The notes: a model not told the origin generated them from the sequence alone. 64,000 bases of DNA from Fistulifera solaris (GCA_030295235.1 AP026132.1:1-64000); one strand, 5' to 3'; counted from the first letter of the stretch, positions 1 to 15,100 are shown. Numbers and translations: made by a program.

Positions 1-3000
1 ATCTACGACAAGTCAAGAGTACCATTGACATTGACACTCCGCGTGAAAACGGGAAAAGACGCTTACCTTCGAAAGCAGTACTGTACTCTTCTCCTCTACC
101 AAAGTTCCCAAGTTACGATGCACAGTTTTCTGCGAGACCACGCCGTAAGGTTCTGTACCATGACGTTGTTCAGGATGACCCGTATGACGCATGACGACGC
201 TGGTTACGTAGTACGACATCGATTCTTCTGTGTCTGAGCTGTACATCAACGCTGCTGCCCGGCCGTCCTGCACGCAATCGCCCACCCGGTATTTCTTCGA
301 CTACACGCACTACTGGACCGCGTATGGCTCGTGAACGCTGGATGCAACTGAGCCACAACGCACGCATTTGGGACACTATCTCAGATAAGGATAAAGCCAT
401 TATTTTGGGCCTGTCGTCTAACCCCAACTATACTGGTTCTGGCAGTCATCATGGTCCCCATTCGTCGAAAGTCGCGAGTGTGCACTTCCATGAGTCTCTT
501 CCTCCCCAGCCCTATCCTGATCCTGAACCCACGGTCCCTAGTGATGAGTTCCACGATGCACCACAAGACATTGATCCTTCCCAAGAAGCCGATTCGACAC
601 TTTTGGTCAATGCTGCACGCTCTGATTCGCTGACTCGATCCCCCGCGGATATTCGGCCGATCTTGTCACAACCTTCTTCGAATCGCGCTAATCGCATTAA
701 CGTAGTGCAAATGTGCACATCATGTACCGTGTCTCGAATGGACATACGGCATCGCTCTCTTGCTTCTTTGGTCGACCGTGGTGCTAACGGTGGAGTTGCT
801 GGTTGTGACGCCAGGGTCATTGACAAGGCTTTTCCCGCGATCGTCAGCGAGATATCCAAGGCATTGATAACCACCAAATGACTGACCTCGAAATTGGTAC
901 TGTCGGTGGTGTCGCTCATACCCACAAAGGACCGGTCATTGCAATCTTCCATCAGTACGCCTCTCTATGGAAAAGGCTCCTACGATACACGCTGCTGGAC
1001 AAATCGAACACTACAAGAATTTTGTGGACTTATAAGTCTTCAGTCGTGGGTGGTACTCAATGCATTACTACGCTTTGATGGTTATGTTATTCCGCTTCAA
1101 CATTCAGCAAGGTCTGGCACGCCTTCCTATTCGGCCCATTTACCGACATACTGAATGGGACAGTTTGCCGCGATGTCTTTATGACTTGTGACGCTATGCG
1201 GGACCCGTCAGTACTAGATCACACCATTAACGTAGGATGATACAGCCTGGTATGATGCAGTCAGTACAGAAGCCGAAGCTCGCCGCAACCATCTTTCTCG
1301 ATGCCTTTGGTGACTATCGTTTCCGCGTAAATGTCCAACATGCGCTTGTCCATGTCCCTTTGACGCATGACATCGACAACGTGATTGACAATTGCATTTA
1401 TGCTGTTCACGGTTGATAGTACTCCGGCAGGTGCAGGCTTCATCGCGTCTACTGAGTTGCCTCCTGGCTTAACCTCCTCCCATTCTTCCCGGGTCACTCC
1501 ATCGCATCTTGTCCAAACGTTTCTCCCGACTTCGCTGTCTACGCCCTTATTTTGGCTGGATTTCCGCCGACTTGGTCCAGTTGACCCTCGAACACACCAC
1601 GCGAATATGCACGCTCTTCCCACGGGTACTCTTTTGAAACGGTGCTTTCAAGTCTGCCAATCCGGCACTCAACGCTCGTCGCCGTTCTGAGGCAGTTATG
1701 CGGTGACATTGTGTAATCTCGACACTCCTGCTATTGATAATGGTGCAACTTCCGCTGTACTCTTTTGCGGTCGTGGATACTTACGCCACCGACATCTACG
1801 GTATCAAAACCGACAAGCAATTTATCAATACACTCGAGGACAATATACGCCGAACGGGGAGCCCCTACACGCTTGATCAGTGACCACTTCAAGTCGAAAT
1901 CAGCAAAGCCGTTGTCAACCTTCTTCGCATCTTTTGTATTGATTCTTGGCAGAGTGAACCCAAGAACCAGCAACAGAACTTTGCTGAGCGACGCTTCCAG
2001 ACTGTCAAGACCACTACGAACCGCATTCTTGATCGTACTGGCGCTCCGGCTTCGACTTGGCTCCTTTGTCTACAATACGTATGCTTCCTACTCAACCATA
2101 ATGTATAACGAGACACTCAAGACCGCTCCGATTCAGGCGCTTACAGGGTCTACTCCTGATGTCAGTGTCCTTCTCCGCTTCTACTTCTGGCAGAAGGTAC
2201 TCTATATGCGTGACGATTATGACTTCCCTTCTGAGTCTCCTGAGGCGATGGGCCATATTGTCGGCATCTCCGAGCACGTTGGACCTGCTCTCTGCTGGAA
2301 AATACTTACTTCGGATACTCAGAAAGTTATTTTCCGTTCTCAGGTCCGTCCGCACACTGACGACGCATCCTAATTTGCGCGCCGCCCGACTGACGGGGAG
2401 AGTTCGCATCCGCCCCACACCAGTTGTACAATCGCTGCACACCTGTTTTCGGCGTGGATCCTGATGCTACAGACGATATCAGTCCTCCCGACGCTGCAGT
2501 CCGTCCGAATGTACCCATTATTGACGTTGAAGATCTTATCGGACGACATTCTTAATGGATGAGGAATCGGATGGTCAGAGGTTCCGCTGCACGCATCTCC
2601 CATCTTGTTGAAGATCACGGCCGCTGTACGCAATGATCCTACACGAGTCAAATTTGTCTGTGACATTACTGAGAAGGATACGGAAGCCATTTTCACATAC
2701 AACGAGATCATGGAATATTTGAACCGTGACTCAGAAGCTCCACTGTGGAAATTCAAACGTGATATTTCTCACCAAGGTCCACTAGGCACTACTGACCGTG
2801 AGTACAAAGGATGCAGCTACAATGTGCTGATAGAGTGGGAGAACGGGAGATTACCGCAGAACCGTTGAATGTTATTGCGCGGATGACCCAGTAACGCATG
2901 CCATTTATGCCAAGGACAACAATTTGTTAGATATGCCTGGATGGAAACGCTTCAAGTCAATTGCAAAGAGGCATAAGAAGTTCGTCCGTATGATCAACCA

Positions 3001-3783
3001 GTCAAAGCTAGCGCCCTACAATTCAGCCACGCTATAAGTACGGATTCGAAATTCCTCGCAATTATGCCCATGCAATGCGCCTCGATGAACAGAACAAGAA
3101 CACTAAGTGGAAAGACGAGTGGCACTCGAAGTTACTTCAGATCAAGAGTACCACACTTTTAAGGACTTGGGGCATAAGTCGACAGTTAAGCCTCCCCCAG
3201 GATACAAGCCGTAATTCGCGCTTCACTTGGTATTCGGCGTCAAGCACGATGGACGGCACAAGGCAAGATTGGTTGCGGATGGTCACCTTACTGAAGTGCC
3301 TACCGAGTCCGTGATAATTCGGTGTAGTGAGTCTTCGTGGATTCCGATTGGTCACCTTCCTGGCAGAACTTAACGATTTGAAGTTCTGGGCTACTGATAT
3401 AGGTAATGCCTACTTAGAAGCCTATACTTCAGAGCGTGTTTACATTGAAGCCGGGCCGGAATTCGGTAAGCTCGAAGGCCATATACTGTTGATCAGTAAG
3501 GCACTTTACGGGCTACGCACCAGTAGCTGCAGATGGCATGATAGGCTCTCCGATGTACTACGAGAATTGGGTTTCCAGTCCTGCAAGGCTGAACCGGACA
3601 TATGGTTACGCCCGAGTGGTGATGTGTACGAGTATGTCGCTGTGTACGCCGACGATCTTGCACTAGCGATGAAGGACCCTGACGCTTTCGTCAAAATTTT
3701 GACGGATAAGTACAATTTCAAGCTTAAGGGTACTGGTCCTATCACCTTCCATCTGGGAATGGATTTCTCCAGAGATCCTGATG
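1..3783 (+). mobile_element. Ty1/copia (CoDi-like) LTR retrotransposon, first partial copy: end of gag, protease, integrase, RT truncated after DFSRDPD
   Basis: ORF fragments carry LVDRGANGG (protease-like), integrase-region text, TDIGNAYL, KALYGL and YVAVYADDL. Near-identical to 4106-7843, with many indels. Confidence 0.9.
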
Positions 3784-6700
3784 TACGCAGTCCTTGAAGC
3801 TACTGTCCTTACTGACCAAGGCAAGGCCATTGTTCGCAAGTACGAAGTCTACCTACGATGCACAACGCGTTTATGCTGAGTTGAAGCGCCATCACCTACA
3901 GTCTACTAACGCGCTAAATGGAATCTTCCAGCATACTCGCACATCACTTCGGCCAAACTTGGTGACGGTACATGGAACGGTACTACCAATGCGCTCATCC
4001 TGAACTGGCAAGATCAAGTACGACGCTATGAACAGATTTCCGGCGAAGTCATTTCCGATAAACAGAAACGTGCATTACTTGAAAACGCGGTTAACGGCAT
4101 TTCTGATCTACGACAAGTCAAGAGTACCATTGACATTGACACTGCGAAAACGGGAAAAGACGCTACCTTCGAGCAGTACTGTACTCTTCTCCCTCGCCCC
4201 AAAGTTCCCTGCTACGATGCACAGTTTTCATGACCACGCCGTAAGGTTCTGTACCATGACGTTGTTCAGGATGACCCGTATGACGATGACGACGCTGGTT
4301 ACGTAGTACGACATCGATTCTTCTGTGTCTGAGCTGTACATCAACGCTGCTGCCCGTCGTCCTGCACGCAATCGTCCACCCGGTATTTCTTCGACTACAC
4401 GCACTACTGGACCGCGATGGCTCGTGAACGCTGGATGCAACTGAGCGACAACGCACGCATCGATTTGGGACACTATCTCAGATAAGGATAAAGCCATTAT
4501 TTTGGGCCTGTCGTCTAACCCCAACTATACTGGTTCTGGCAGTCATCATGGTCCCCATTCGTCGAAGTCGCAGTGTGCACTTCCATGAGTCTCTTCCTCC
4601 CGAGCCCGATCCTGATCCTGAACCTACGGTCCCTAGTGATGAGTTCCACGATGCACCACAAGACATTGATCCTTCCCAAGAAGCCGATTCGACACTTTTG
4701 GTCAATGCTGCACGTTCTGATTCGCGACTCGATCCCCGTGACATTCGGCCGATCTTGTCACAACCTTCTTCGAATCGTGCCAATCGTACACGTAGTGCAA
4801 ATGTGCACATCATGTACCGTGTCTCGAATGGACATACGGCATCGCTCTTGCTTCTTTGGTCGACCGTGGTGCTAACGGTGGAGTTGCTGGTTGTGACGTC
4901 AGGGTCATTGACAAGGCTTTTCCGCATCGTCGCGTAGATATCCAAGGCATTGATAACCACCAAATGACTGACCTCGAAATTGGTACTGTCGGTGGTGTCG
5001 CTCATACCCACAAAGGACCGGTCATTGCAATCTTCCATCAGTACGCTCTCTATGGAAAAGGCCCTACGATACACGCTGCTGGACAAATCGAACACTACAA
5101 GAATTTTGTGGACGATAAGTCTTCAGTCGTGGGTGGTACTCAATGCATTACTACGCTTGATGGTTATGTTATTCCGCTCAACATTCAGCAAGGTCTGGCA
5201 CGTCTTCCTATTCGGGCCCATTTACCGATACTGAATGGGACAGTTTGCCGCATGTCTTTATGACTTGTGACGTTGCGTGGGACCCGTCAGTACTAGATCA
5301 CACCATTAACGTAGGATGATACAGCCTGGTATGATGCAGTCAGTACAGAAGCCGGAAGCTCGCCGCAACCATCTTTCGATGCCTTTGGTGACTATCGTTT
5401 CAGCGTGAATGTCCAACATGCGTTTGTCCATGTCCCTTTTGACGATGACATCGACAACGTGATTGACAATTGCATTTATGCTGTTCACGGTTGATAGTAC
5501 TCCGGCAGGTGCAGGCTTCATCGTGCCTACTGAGTTGCCTCCTGGCTTAACCTCCTCCCATTCTTCCCGGTCACTCCACGTACCTTGTCCAAACGTTCTC
5601 CCGACTTCAAGGCGTCTACGCCCTTATTTTGGCTGGATTTCCGCCGACTTGGTCCAGTTGACCCTCGAACACACCACGCAATATGCACGCTCTTCCCACG
5701 GGTACTCTTTTGAAACGTGCTTTCAAGTTCGCCAATCCGGCACTCAACGCTCGTCGCCGTTCTGAGGCAGTTGCGTGACATTGTGTAATTCGACACTCCT
5801 GCTATTGATAATGGTGCAACTTCCGCTGTACTCTTTTGCGGTCGTGATACTTACGTCACCGATATCTACGGTATCAAAACCGATAAGCAATTTATCAATA
5901 CACTCGAGGACAATATACGCGAACGGGGAGCCCCTACACGCTTGATCAGTGACCACTTCAAGTCGAAATCAGCAAAGCCGTTGTCAACCTTCTTCGTACC
6001 TTTTGTATTGATTCTTGGCAGAGTGAACCCAAGAACCAGCAACAGAACTTTGCTGAGCGACGTTTCCAGACTGTCAAGACCACTACGAACCGCATTCTTG
6101 ATCGTACTGGCGCTCCGGCTTCGACTTGGCTCCTTTGTCTACAATACGTATGCTTCCTACTCAACCATAATGATAACGAGACACTCAAGACCGCTCCGAT
6201 TCAGGCGCTTACAGGGTCTACTCCTGATGTCAGTGTCCTTCTCCGCTTCTACTTCTGGCAGAAGGTACTCTATATGCGTGACGATTATGACTTCCCTTCT
6301 GAGTCTCCTGAGGCGATGGGCCATATTGTCGGCATCTCCGAGCACGTTGGACCTGCTCTCTGCTGGAAAATACTTACTTCGGATACTCAGAAAGTTATTT
6401 TCCGTTCTCAGGTCCGTCCGTACACTGACGACGATCCTAATTTGCGCTCGACTGACGGGGAGAGTTCGCATCCGCCCACACCAGTTGTACAATCGCTGCA
6501 CACCTGTTTTCGGCGTGGATCCTGATGCTACAGACGATATCAGTCCTCCCGACGCTGCAGTCCGTCCGAATGTACCCATTATTGACGTTGAAGATCTTAT
6601 CGGACGTACATTCTTAATGGATGAGGAATCGGATGGTCAGAGGTTCATGCGACGCATCTCCCATCTTGTTGAAGATCACGAAGCCGCTGTACGCAATGAT

Positions 6701-9074
6701 CCTACACGCAGTCAAATTTGTCTGTGACATTACTGAGAAGGATACGGAAGCCATTTTCACATACAACGAGATCATGGAATATTTGAACCGTGACTCAGAA
6801 GCTCCACTGTGGAAATTCAAACGTATTATTTCTCACCAAGGTCCACTAGGCACTACTGACCGTGAGTACAAAGGATGCAGCTACAATGTGCTGATAGAGT
6901 GGGAGAACGGGGAGATTACCGCAGAACCGTTGAATGTTATTGGCGGGCGGATGACCCAGTAACGTACGCCATTTATGCCAAGGACAACAATTTGTTAGAT
7001 ATGCCTGGATGGAAACGCTTCAAGTCAATTGCAAAGAGGCATAAGAAGTTCGTCCGTATGATCAACCAGTCAAAGCTGCGCTCCTACAATTCAGCGCCAC
7101 GCTATAAGTACGGATTCGAAATTCCTCGCAATTATGCCCATGCAATGCGCCTCGATGAACAGAACAAGAACACTAAGTGGAAAGACGCAGTGGCACTCGA
7201 GTTACTTCAGATCGAAGAGTACCACACTTTTAAGGACTTGGGGCATAAGTCGACAGTTAAGCCTCCCCCAGGATACAAGCCAATTCGCTCACTTGGTATT
7301 CGATGTCAAGCACGATGGACGGCACAAGGCAAGATTGGTTGCGGATGGTCACCTTACTGAAGTGCCTACCGAGTCCGTATACTCCGGTGTAGTGAGTCTT
7401 CGTGGATTCCGATTGGTCACCTTCCTGGCAGAACTTAACGATTTGAAGTTCTGGGCTACTGATATAGGTAATGCCTACTTAGAAGCCTATACTTCAGAGC
7501 GTGTTTACATTGAAGCCGGGCCGGAATTCGGTAAGCTCGAAGGCCATATACTGTTGATCAGTAAGGCACTTTACGGGCTACGCACCAGTAGCTGCAGATG
7601 GCATGATAGGCTCTCCGATGTACTACGAGAATTGGGTTTCCAGTCCTGCAAGGCTGAACCGGACATATGGTTACTCGAGTGGTGATGTGTACGAGTATGT
7701 CGCTGTGTACGCCGACGATCTTGCACTAGCGATGAAGGACCCTGACGCTGTCAAAATTTTGACGGATAAGTACAATTTCAAGCTTAAGGGTACTGGTCCT
7801 ATCACCTTCCATCTGGGAATGGATTTCTCCAGAGATCCTGATGGTACTTTGTGCATGTCCCCAAGAAAGTACATCGAGAAGATCATAGCCAACTACGAAC
7901 GGCTATTCGGAGAGTCACCCAAGCAAGTAGTATCTTCTCCGCTTGAGAAGGGTGATCACCCGGAAATGGACACTTCTCCTTTCCCTCGACGAAAAGGGCA
8001 TAAGAGATTATCAGTCGCTGATTGGAGCTTTACAATGGCTCATCAGTATCGGTCGATTCGACATTATGACCGCTGTCATGTCTCTCTTCTTCGCGCAGCA
8101 CCGAGAAAGGGGCATATGGATCGTGTTAAACGGATCTATGGGTATGTGTCTAAAATGCGCCATGCCTCCACACGCTTTCGAGTTGAAGAACCAGACTTCT
8201 CCGATCTCCCGAATTTTGAGTACCTAATGGTCGCTTCTGTGTACGGTGATGTCAAGGAAGCGGAACCCAAAGATGCTTCAAACCTCTTGGGAACTTCGCT
8301 CACATCAGTACACTTTGTAGATGCGAATCTTATGCACTGCATGGCTACGGGAGATCTGTGACTGGAATTCTTCACCTTCTTAACAAGACCCCTATCGAGT
8401 GGTACTCCAAGAAGCAGACAACTGTTGAGACTGCTACTTATGGTTCAATTTATTGCAGCGAGAACATGCGTTGAGCAGATCATCGATCTCCGCAATACAC
8501 TGCGATATTTAGGGGTACCGATTCGCGAGAAGGCCTACATGTTTGGGGATAATGAGTCTGTCGTCAACAGTGCTAACATGGTACACGCAGCTACACAAGA
8601 GACATACTATGCTCTCTTTTCACCGTGTACGCGAGGCTATTGCGTCAGGAATGGTTGCATTCTTGCATATTCCCGGGGAGATGAACCCAGCTGATATTCT
8701 CAGCAAACATTGGGGTTATTCGCAGATATGGGATCGCTTTGAAGGCGATACTTTTCTGGACTGGAGACACCGCAGAACTGAAGAACTAAAGAGTACCAAG
8801 TACTACTTTGGGTTAGAGAGATATTTGTTTAGAGAGAAATGCATGTGTTAGTGATTAGGATTTAGGAAGAAAATGGAAGACCTTCGAACGAGAATGCGAG
8901 TCAGTTATTGCAGCCGCCTTCGAGAAGACGGGAGTGACAATTTTCTTAGCAAGATCGAGTCATGTTAGTGACTGATTTTCCATAGTATTTGTGTAGTCTT
9001 CTACTTATACTACACAGAGACGGCGCATCGGTATTGCTATTTAGACTTCGACTGTCTATTTGAAGATAGAGTCA
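3784..9074 (+). mobile_element. Ty1/copia (CoDi-like) LTR retrotransposon, second copy: gag part, PR, IN, RT, RNase H, PPT and putative 3' LTR
   Basis: Domain order PR-IN-RT-RH. Motifs HKARLVADGH, DIGNAYL, YADD, and RNase H FVDANL / FGDNESVV / NPADILSK. Frameshifted throughout. Confidence 0.92.
8935..9074 (+). repeat. Putative 3' LTR preceded by a polypurine tract
   Basis: Purine-rich GAGAAGACGGGAG immediately before TGAC at 8935, and a matching GTCA ending at 9074. The 5' LTR is not in the window, so the right boundary is unconfirmed. Confidence 0.5.
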
Positions 9075-10018
9075 CTTGGATACCATTGGGAGTTATTTGA
9101 AGTTGCAGTTACAAGGTTTGGATACCGTTGAGAGTGCAACGTCGACAATTTTGCAGACGTGGACATGTTTCTTCTCTTGCCACGACTGACTGTCACGTAG
9201 ACCTTCAGTACATTTCTTACGTGTCGTAGCCAACCTACGGAATTTTCTACAGGAATCCAGTACTTGTTTTCTTTGCCACCTCAGCACAAGTTCCTGAAGA
9301 TTGGAGAAAGGTGTGCAATCATTTTCCATTAGAATAGGTCTCATAAAATAAGAAATCAATCAATCTATACCGAGTTTACTGAGTCTTCTTTTGTGGTGAA
9401 ATTCTCAAGGTCACAAGCCTTGCGAGTCGATCTACATCCTTTGGAGTCCAGGCAGGCAGACAGTGAGTAAGTAACAACAAGCGCACTGTGTGGTTGTCTT
9501 TGCTGATCATTGCAATCAAAGAGTGTTTGCGATATCAGTGCTTTCGCTTGACAGTTGATCATCTCATCAAAGAGTGTTGAGTTGGTTGATTGTTGTTTTT
9601 GCGTGAGATCATTCCGCATTCGAATTCCGTGAGCTATCTGTGCGCTCGGAATTTCTGTCAGAATGCTTGATGAACAACAAGCAATGATAATGTAGTTGAT
9701 GTAATATTAGCATCGCGAACAGATACGCTACGCTTGGAAAGATGGTGGCATGAGTAAAGGAATTGTAAATGTTGGTTGTAGTGGTTTTGTTACGACGTCA
9801 GTCGACCTCCTTGTGGCGACGATCTGTTTACCATTCATTCGGATAATACAAAATTTCGCTCCCTGAACGAAAATGTCAGTGCAATGTATGTCTTAAAGCA
9901 ATCAAGGGACTGAAGCGACCAAGGCAAGCGCGAACCACGATGACAAGTGAACAAGCAACGGCAGGTGAAATCGAGTGGTAGAGAAAATTTGAACTGCTTC
10001 GTCAAGGGTTTCTGTTTG

Positions 10019-10156
10019 ATTGCCCTCATATTTCTTTACTTTTTAATGCAACTAAATGGTGTAAGAATTTGCATAATAATACAAATAATTGCCCTCATAT
10101 TTCTTTACTTTTTAATGCAACTAAATGGTGTAAGAATTTGCATAATAATACAAATA
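10019..10156. repeat. Perfect 69-bp tandem duplication
   Basis: attgccctcatatttc...aataatacaaata occurs at 10019 and again at 10088. Confidence 0.95.
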
Positions 10157-12124
10157 ACTTTAGTTTCTATTAGGTCATTCAAACGCTCTCTTTAGGCTTA
10201 CGGAACGGAAAAATTACTTTGAATATTCGCCATCCGTTCAGAGCCAAAGCGAACTTACAAAGTGTTGTCGATGCTCTCTTCAGAAAAGCGTTGATGTGGC
10301 GAAGTAGCAGCGCCGGTTTCCGCGGTTTGCAATAGCGCCTTGGATGCGATATTTTCCTAGCCTTGTCATTCAACTGCCGTTCGAACTGTCAATCGAGAGA
10401 ATTGTTGCTTTCCTTTGATCAAATGCGCCGCCTTTTCAAATCAGCAGTGCTAAGAACCAGTCACGTATGAGCACTCAATGCCCGTTTCAAGCAAACGCCC
10501 GTCCCTTTCATCGATACACTCGAAGGACCTTTCATAGCACCGACTAATCCCGGACTCGCTACCGCTTCTCGTACAATATTTTGGGATCATTAAACATCAA
10601 AGCCGTCGTGAAATGTGCTTTGCAATTTCCCGATTCAAGACTCTGACTACTTTTCCTGCCCTGTCGGCTTGAGATTGCAATTTGACGTCATCACGAAATA
10701 AAACATGTTGAACGTCGACACAAATCCACTCGGAGAGTCATGCAATTTGACCCGGGCATCATTCATTGAGTTAGTTTCATCCATAAAAAAAGCTTTGTAA
10801 AGCTTCGAATGCACACAACACTGACGTCGCCCAAACGGTGCTTGCCCACTCTCTTGGATTTCGCCGTCCATCATCCAACTTCCAATTAGCCCTTAGTAAA
10901 ACTTGCCGTATATGAAGTAAGTCTGAGTACCACCTTCAACGTTTGTTGTAAAGACTGCTGTTCCCCAAGGCAAGGCACTCCAAACGCGGCACCATGCGCT
11001 CATTCGTCACGGTTTTTACCGTGACGTGATGCGCAAACAGCTTTCCTTTGGTCGTTTTGGTCCACTATCAACCAGCCGCAAATCGTCAGAGTCTGGGTTG
11101 GTTGATGCGTGGTAACGTTGCACTCCAGCAAAACACACGGACGTCGCTCAAACAGTCTTCCGATTTGCAATCTCTCGCTTAGAGAAGCTCGCGCATTCAC
11201 TATGTAAAAGGCGCCAAGCAGATCGCATGCGAGTGCTCTATTCCGGCCTTCATAAACTGCCGTAGGATAGCCTAAGACTGAGAATCTTGGCCGCACTGAG
11301 CTAGTTGTTGCTTCGAAAGTCCTTCTGTTCGACTGCATCCATCGTGAGAGTGATACACGGCCACGAGTGTTCGCTCTTTGTTCAGTGCCGATACTACGCA
11401 CCGACCGAATATTTCCATGATTTCTTCATCCATATGGTTGTTACTTGCAGCGCATCTACTTTCGATCCATCCTGGAGCCCAACTTGCGTATTGATTGGTC
11501 TCCGGTCGAAAGTCTGATCCCTACGAACGACACTCCGCGTTGAGCAGCGATGAATACGAACACAGACGCCTTTGAAACTGAATCTCTCGCATTATAATGT
11601 ATGAGAACATCTCTTGAAGTTTAAAGAAAACAGAAAGATAGTAGCTCTTCATCAAGAGCTGATACGGATTATAGTTGCGTTTCGACAAGGCTTGCGCCCC
11701 GTCGTGTGGTCGTCGTCGTCGTCGTCGTCGCAAGAAGAAGTCTCGAGGGAGTTTTTATTGTTCGTCCGTCACTCGTACAGCCTTTCTCCATGCGTAATGC
11801 GTACAGTGTACAGTACAGTCTTGTTGGCAGTGGCAAAATTCGTCCGCTAAGCGCTGCGTGCCGGCGTTTTTGTTTTCGTCCTTAAGTGCGAAAACTGAGG
11901 AGCAGATTTTGTGTACCGGTTGACTCGTGAAAATGATTTTTTGAGTATCGGTGCGTTATCGTTGCTCCGGCTCGGCCTTTTCCAACCTACAACAACAGCA
12001 TAACAAAAGCGCCAAGACCATGAGCCATGAATTTCACTTTGACAAAGCATTGCCGCTATTCTTTGAATAGAACATCGATCCTCTTTCGTTCTTATCGTAA
12101 CTGCATCTCTGCTCGCTTGCATTA

Positions 12125-15100
12125 ATGGTTATTTTGGTAGCGGCACTGTACACAGTGTATCAGCAGCAAATGAATCAAAAACGAGAAGGAAATCCTGACG
12201 AAGACGCGAGCGACTTTTACTCTTCGCTCTTGGAAGCAGCCTTGGAGCAATTTTCACCGCGGTCTCAGAAAGAAAGCGACAATGAAGACGAAGATGTTGA
12301 AACTAATGATGAAGAGAAACTCGAAAATTCGTCGCCGCAGCACGTCACTAATTTGTCAACGTCTGTCTCAAATCCTCAGATCGATTCGGCGATTCAAAAC
12401 GAATGGTGGAATGCCGTTTTCGGTCTAAACTGGAAACCATCCACGCAGTCGACTGTCGGGCTTGCGGGCTACAAGTCAACAATATCGCAACAGCTGCGTC
12501 TGCCTTCGGATACTGAAAAATTGGGCATCACAATCAGTCGATTGGCTTTGGGCGTTTCGGTTCGAAACATACAGCCCAATTCGCCAGCAGCCGTTGCGGG
12601 GGTACCGGTACATGCTGTATTGCTAGAAATGAATGGGATTCCGTTACTTGCAGAGCCAACACGGACAGCTCTTGAGCGTCTCTGGCAGTACCAAGGCTTT
12701 GCGCAATCGGGAAATCGAATGGATCATCCAGTCCGACTCCGTTTCATCAAAGGAGGACGCATTCGAACTTATCTCATCACGGGAAGACCCCCATGGGGCA
12801 TTACCTGGGGACCCTGTGGACAATTTGCCTTGGTGAAGAAAACACGAGGTGTAGCAGACGAAATTGGGATTAAGCGGGGAGCCATTATTTCGGCAGTAGA
12901 CGAACACGTCGGACTCGATCATGTTGCCGCTGCTGGCTTTCTCAAAGATGGAGCGAAGACGATAACCTACTCATTGCCACCAATGACGGCTAGATCGCAG
13001 AGAAGAACATGCATACATGATGTCGAAGGAGAGACGACCGCCTTGCGGAAAACATCTGTGGAAGGCGTACAGGTCACATTTCATCCAGTTTGGTCAATGA
13101 CTAAAAAGAACTCTTCAATACGGCATACGGAAGCGGATTTACGAATGCTGGCGGATCAGGTCGCCGCGGGATTTGACGAAATCCAATCTGTCTCCTTCTT
13201 TGACGGTATTGTTGCTCCACGCGCTGAAGAAGCTTTTCCTTCCTGTCCGATTCTGAGCGACGAACAAATCATCGAAGCAATGGACCCGCTGTCGTGCGCA
13301 TTGTATTGTTGGAATATGCTCCATGATGATTTCGAACCACCAGTTGCTTGTGATCGATGGAAAATATCTCCCGCATCAGCTAAGCACGCGCACGTTCTCA
13401 TACTCCCCCTGCTGTCTTTGCTATGCTTCTCTCACGAATCAAAGGAACCGGTCGAGCTAACAGTGCTCTTGTTGAAATTATCGCGGCGAGACGAATCGAT
13501 GCAACAGTATCTATACTATGCTTTGCGCAGCTACATTGCGACTTTAGAAACTCGCAAAGATGGCAATCTCATGGCTTTACTTCATTGCCTAGAATTGCTA
13601 CGATTTGCAGAGAAGGAACTTGCTAGTCGCGTATTGCCGGATATTGAACCATCAATACCTCCAAGCCCTACTTCAACAGTTGAACAACCGCTTGGTCCGG
13701 AAGAAGGAAAGCGCTACCTGCGTTTCTTTCGCAAAAGAAGAAACGAACTACTCCTCGGAAACAACTGGAACTCGATATTGTGAAGTCTGCTTCGTCGACG
13801 CTCTCACATACCCCTAGCACCGTATACGAAAGTATGAGCGATTTTCTAAGTGAACTCGACCGTATATGCTCTTCTCTTGAGCGCTTTTTACAAAAATCAT
13901 TTCGACAAAAGCTGACAGACTGGGCCGTCAGCGCTTGGAGTGCTTCAAAAGGGACGGCATTGGCGGACGTAACGAGCACGTTGCGTCGCTCCTTGAAGCA
14001 ACCGACTTTTCCCCTGTTGAACCCCGTTGATCCCTCCCAATATCTGACAAAAATTGTGACCGAGGAATGTTATATTCTTCCTAGCGCTCATTTTCCCATT
14101 CTTTTGACGTTCGAAGTGGATCGTTCGGAAGAGAGCCTCTTTCTTACTGAAGTCCAGCTGGAGAGCTTGGTTGGCGAAATCGACACACCGGAAGAAGTAA
14201 TTTACACGGTGGATATGACCGTTGGAGGATGCTTTGTGGGGTCGACACCTGGAGAAATTAAACACAATGCGTCGGGCAAATCAATGTACCAATGGACGGA
14301 TCAAAAATATTCCTTCGCAACAAGAGATCGAACACCTCCTTCCACGCTGTCCATTCGTCTATCCTCGCGTCCTAAAAGCGACTCGGGAGCAATGACTGCT
14401 ATCGGATATGGCTGGATCGATTTGACACACGATGCAATAGTGAAACGAGTTCAATTATTTTCCTTGCCGTCTTTTTGATACTACAGGTGCGAGCACTGCA
14501 GTGTTATCGCCGTTCGAACTGAAGCTGAACATTCGGACAAGAAAGACGGCCCTTGACGTTTCGAAACGTCTTCTGCTTTATAAGCATGACGATGACCTCC
14601 GACAAGAAGCATTTGCGGTGAAATTCTTACAAATTTGTGATCGACTATTTCAAAAGAATGGCCTGGATTTGCATCTGCTGACGTTCGATGTGGTTCCAGT
14701 AGGCACTCGTCGCGGTTTTGTGGAGTGGATCTCCGGTAGTATCCCTCTTTCGGAATTGTGTGAAAATTGGATACCCGAGGAGCCCAGCATGATACGGAAA
14801 GCCGGTCTTACAAAGTATGAGAACATTAGCGATGGAAGCTCCAATCCAGTTCAGGATTATTTGCGCTCTTGCGCGTTCGATGGCGATGCACCCTACTGGA
14901 TCAGCAAAGTTGTCATGGACAGATACATCAAAAGCTGCGCGGGATATTCTATTTTGACCTATATCCTTGGTGTCGGAGATAGACATTTGGACAATCTTCT
15001 CATTCATTCGTCGGGAGCTTTCTTTCATTGCGACTATTCATTTTTGATGGGGAGCGATCCAAAAGCCTACTTGCCGCTTCGAATTACTCCCCATATGGTA

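Noticed and set aside
9093..11600. Possible minus-strand gene fragmented into short ORFs
   Set aside because: No recognisable motif and I could not build a consistent frame.
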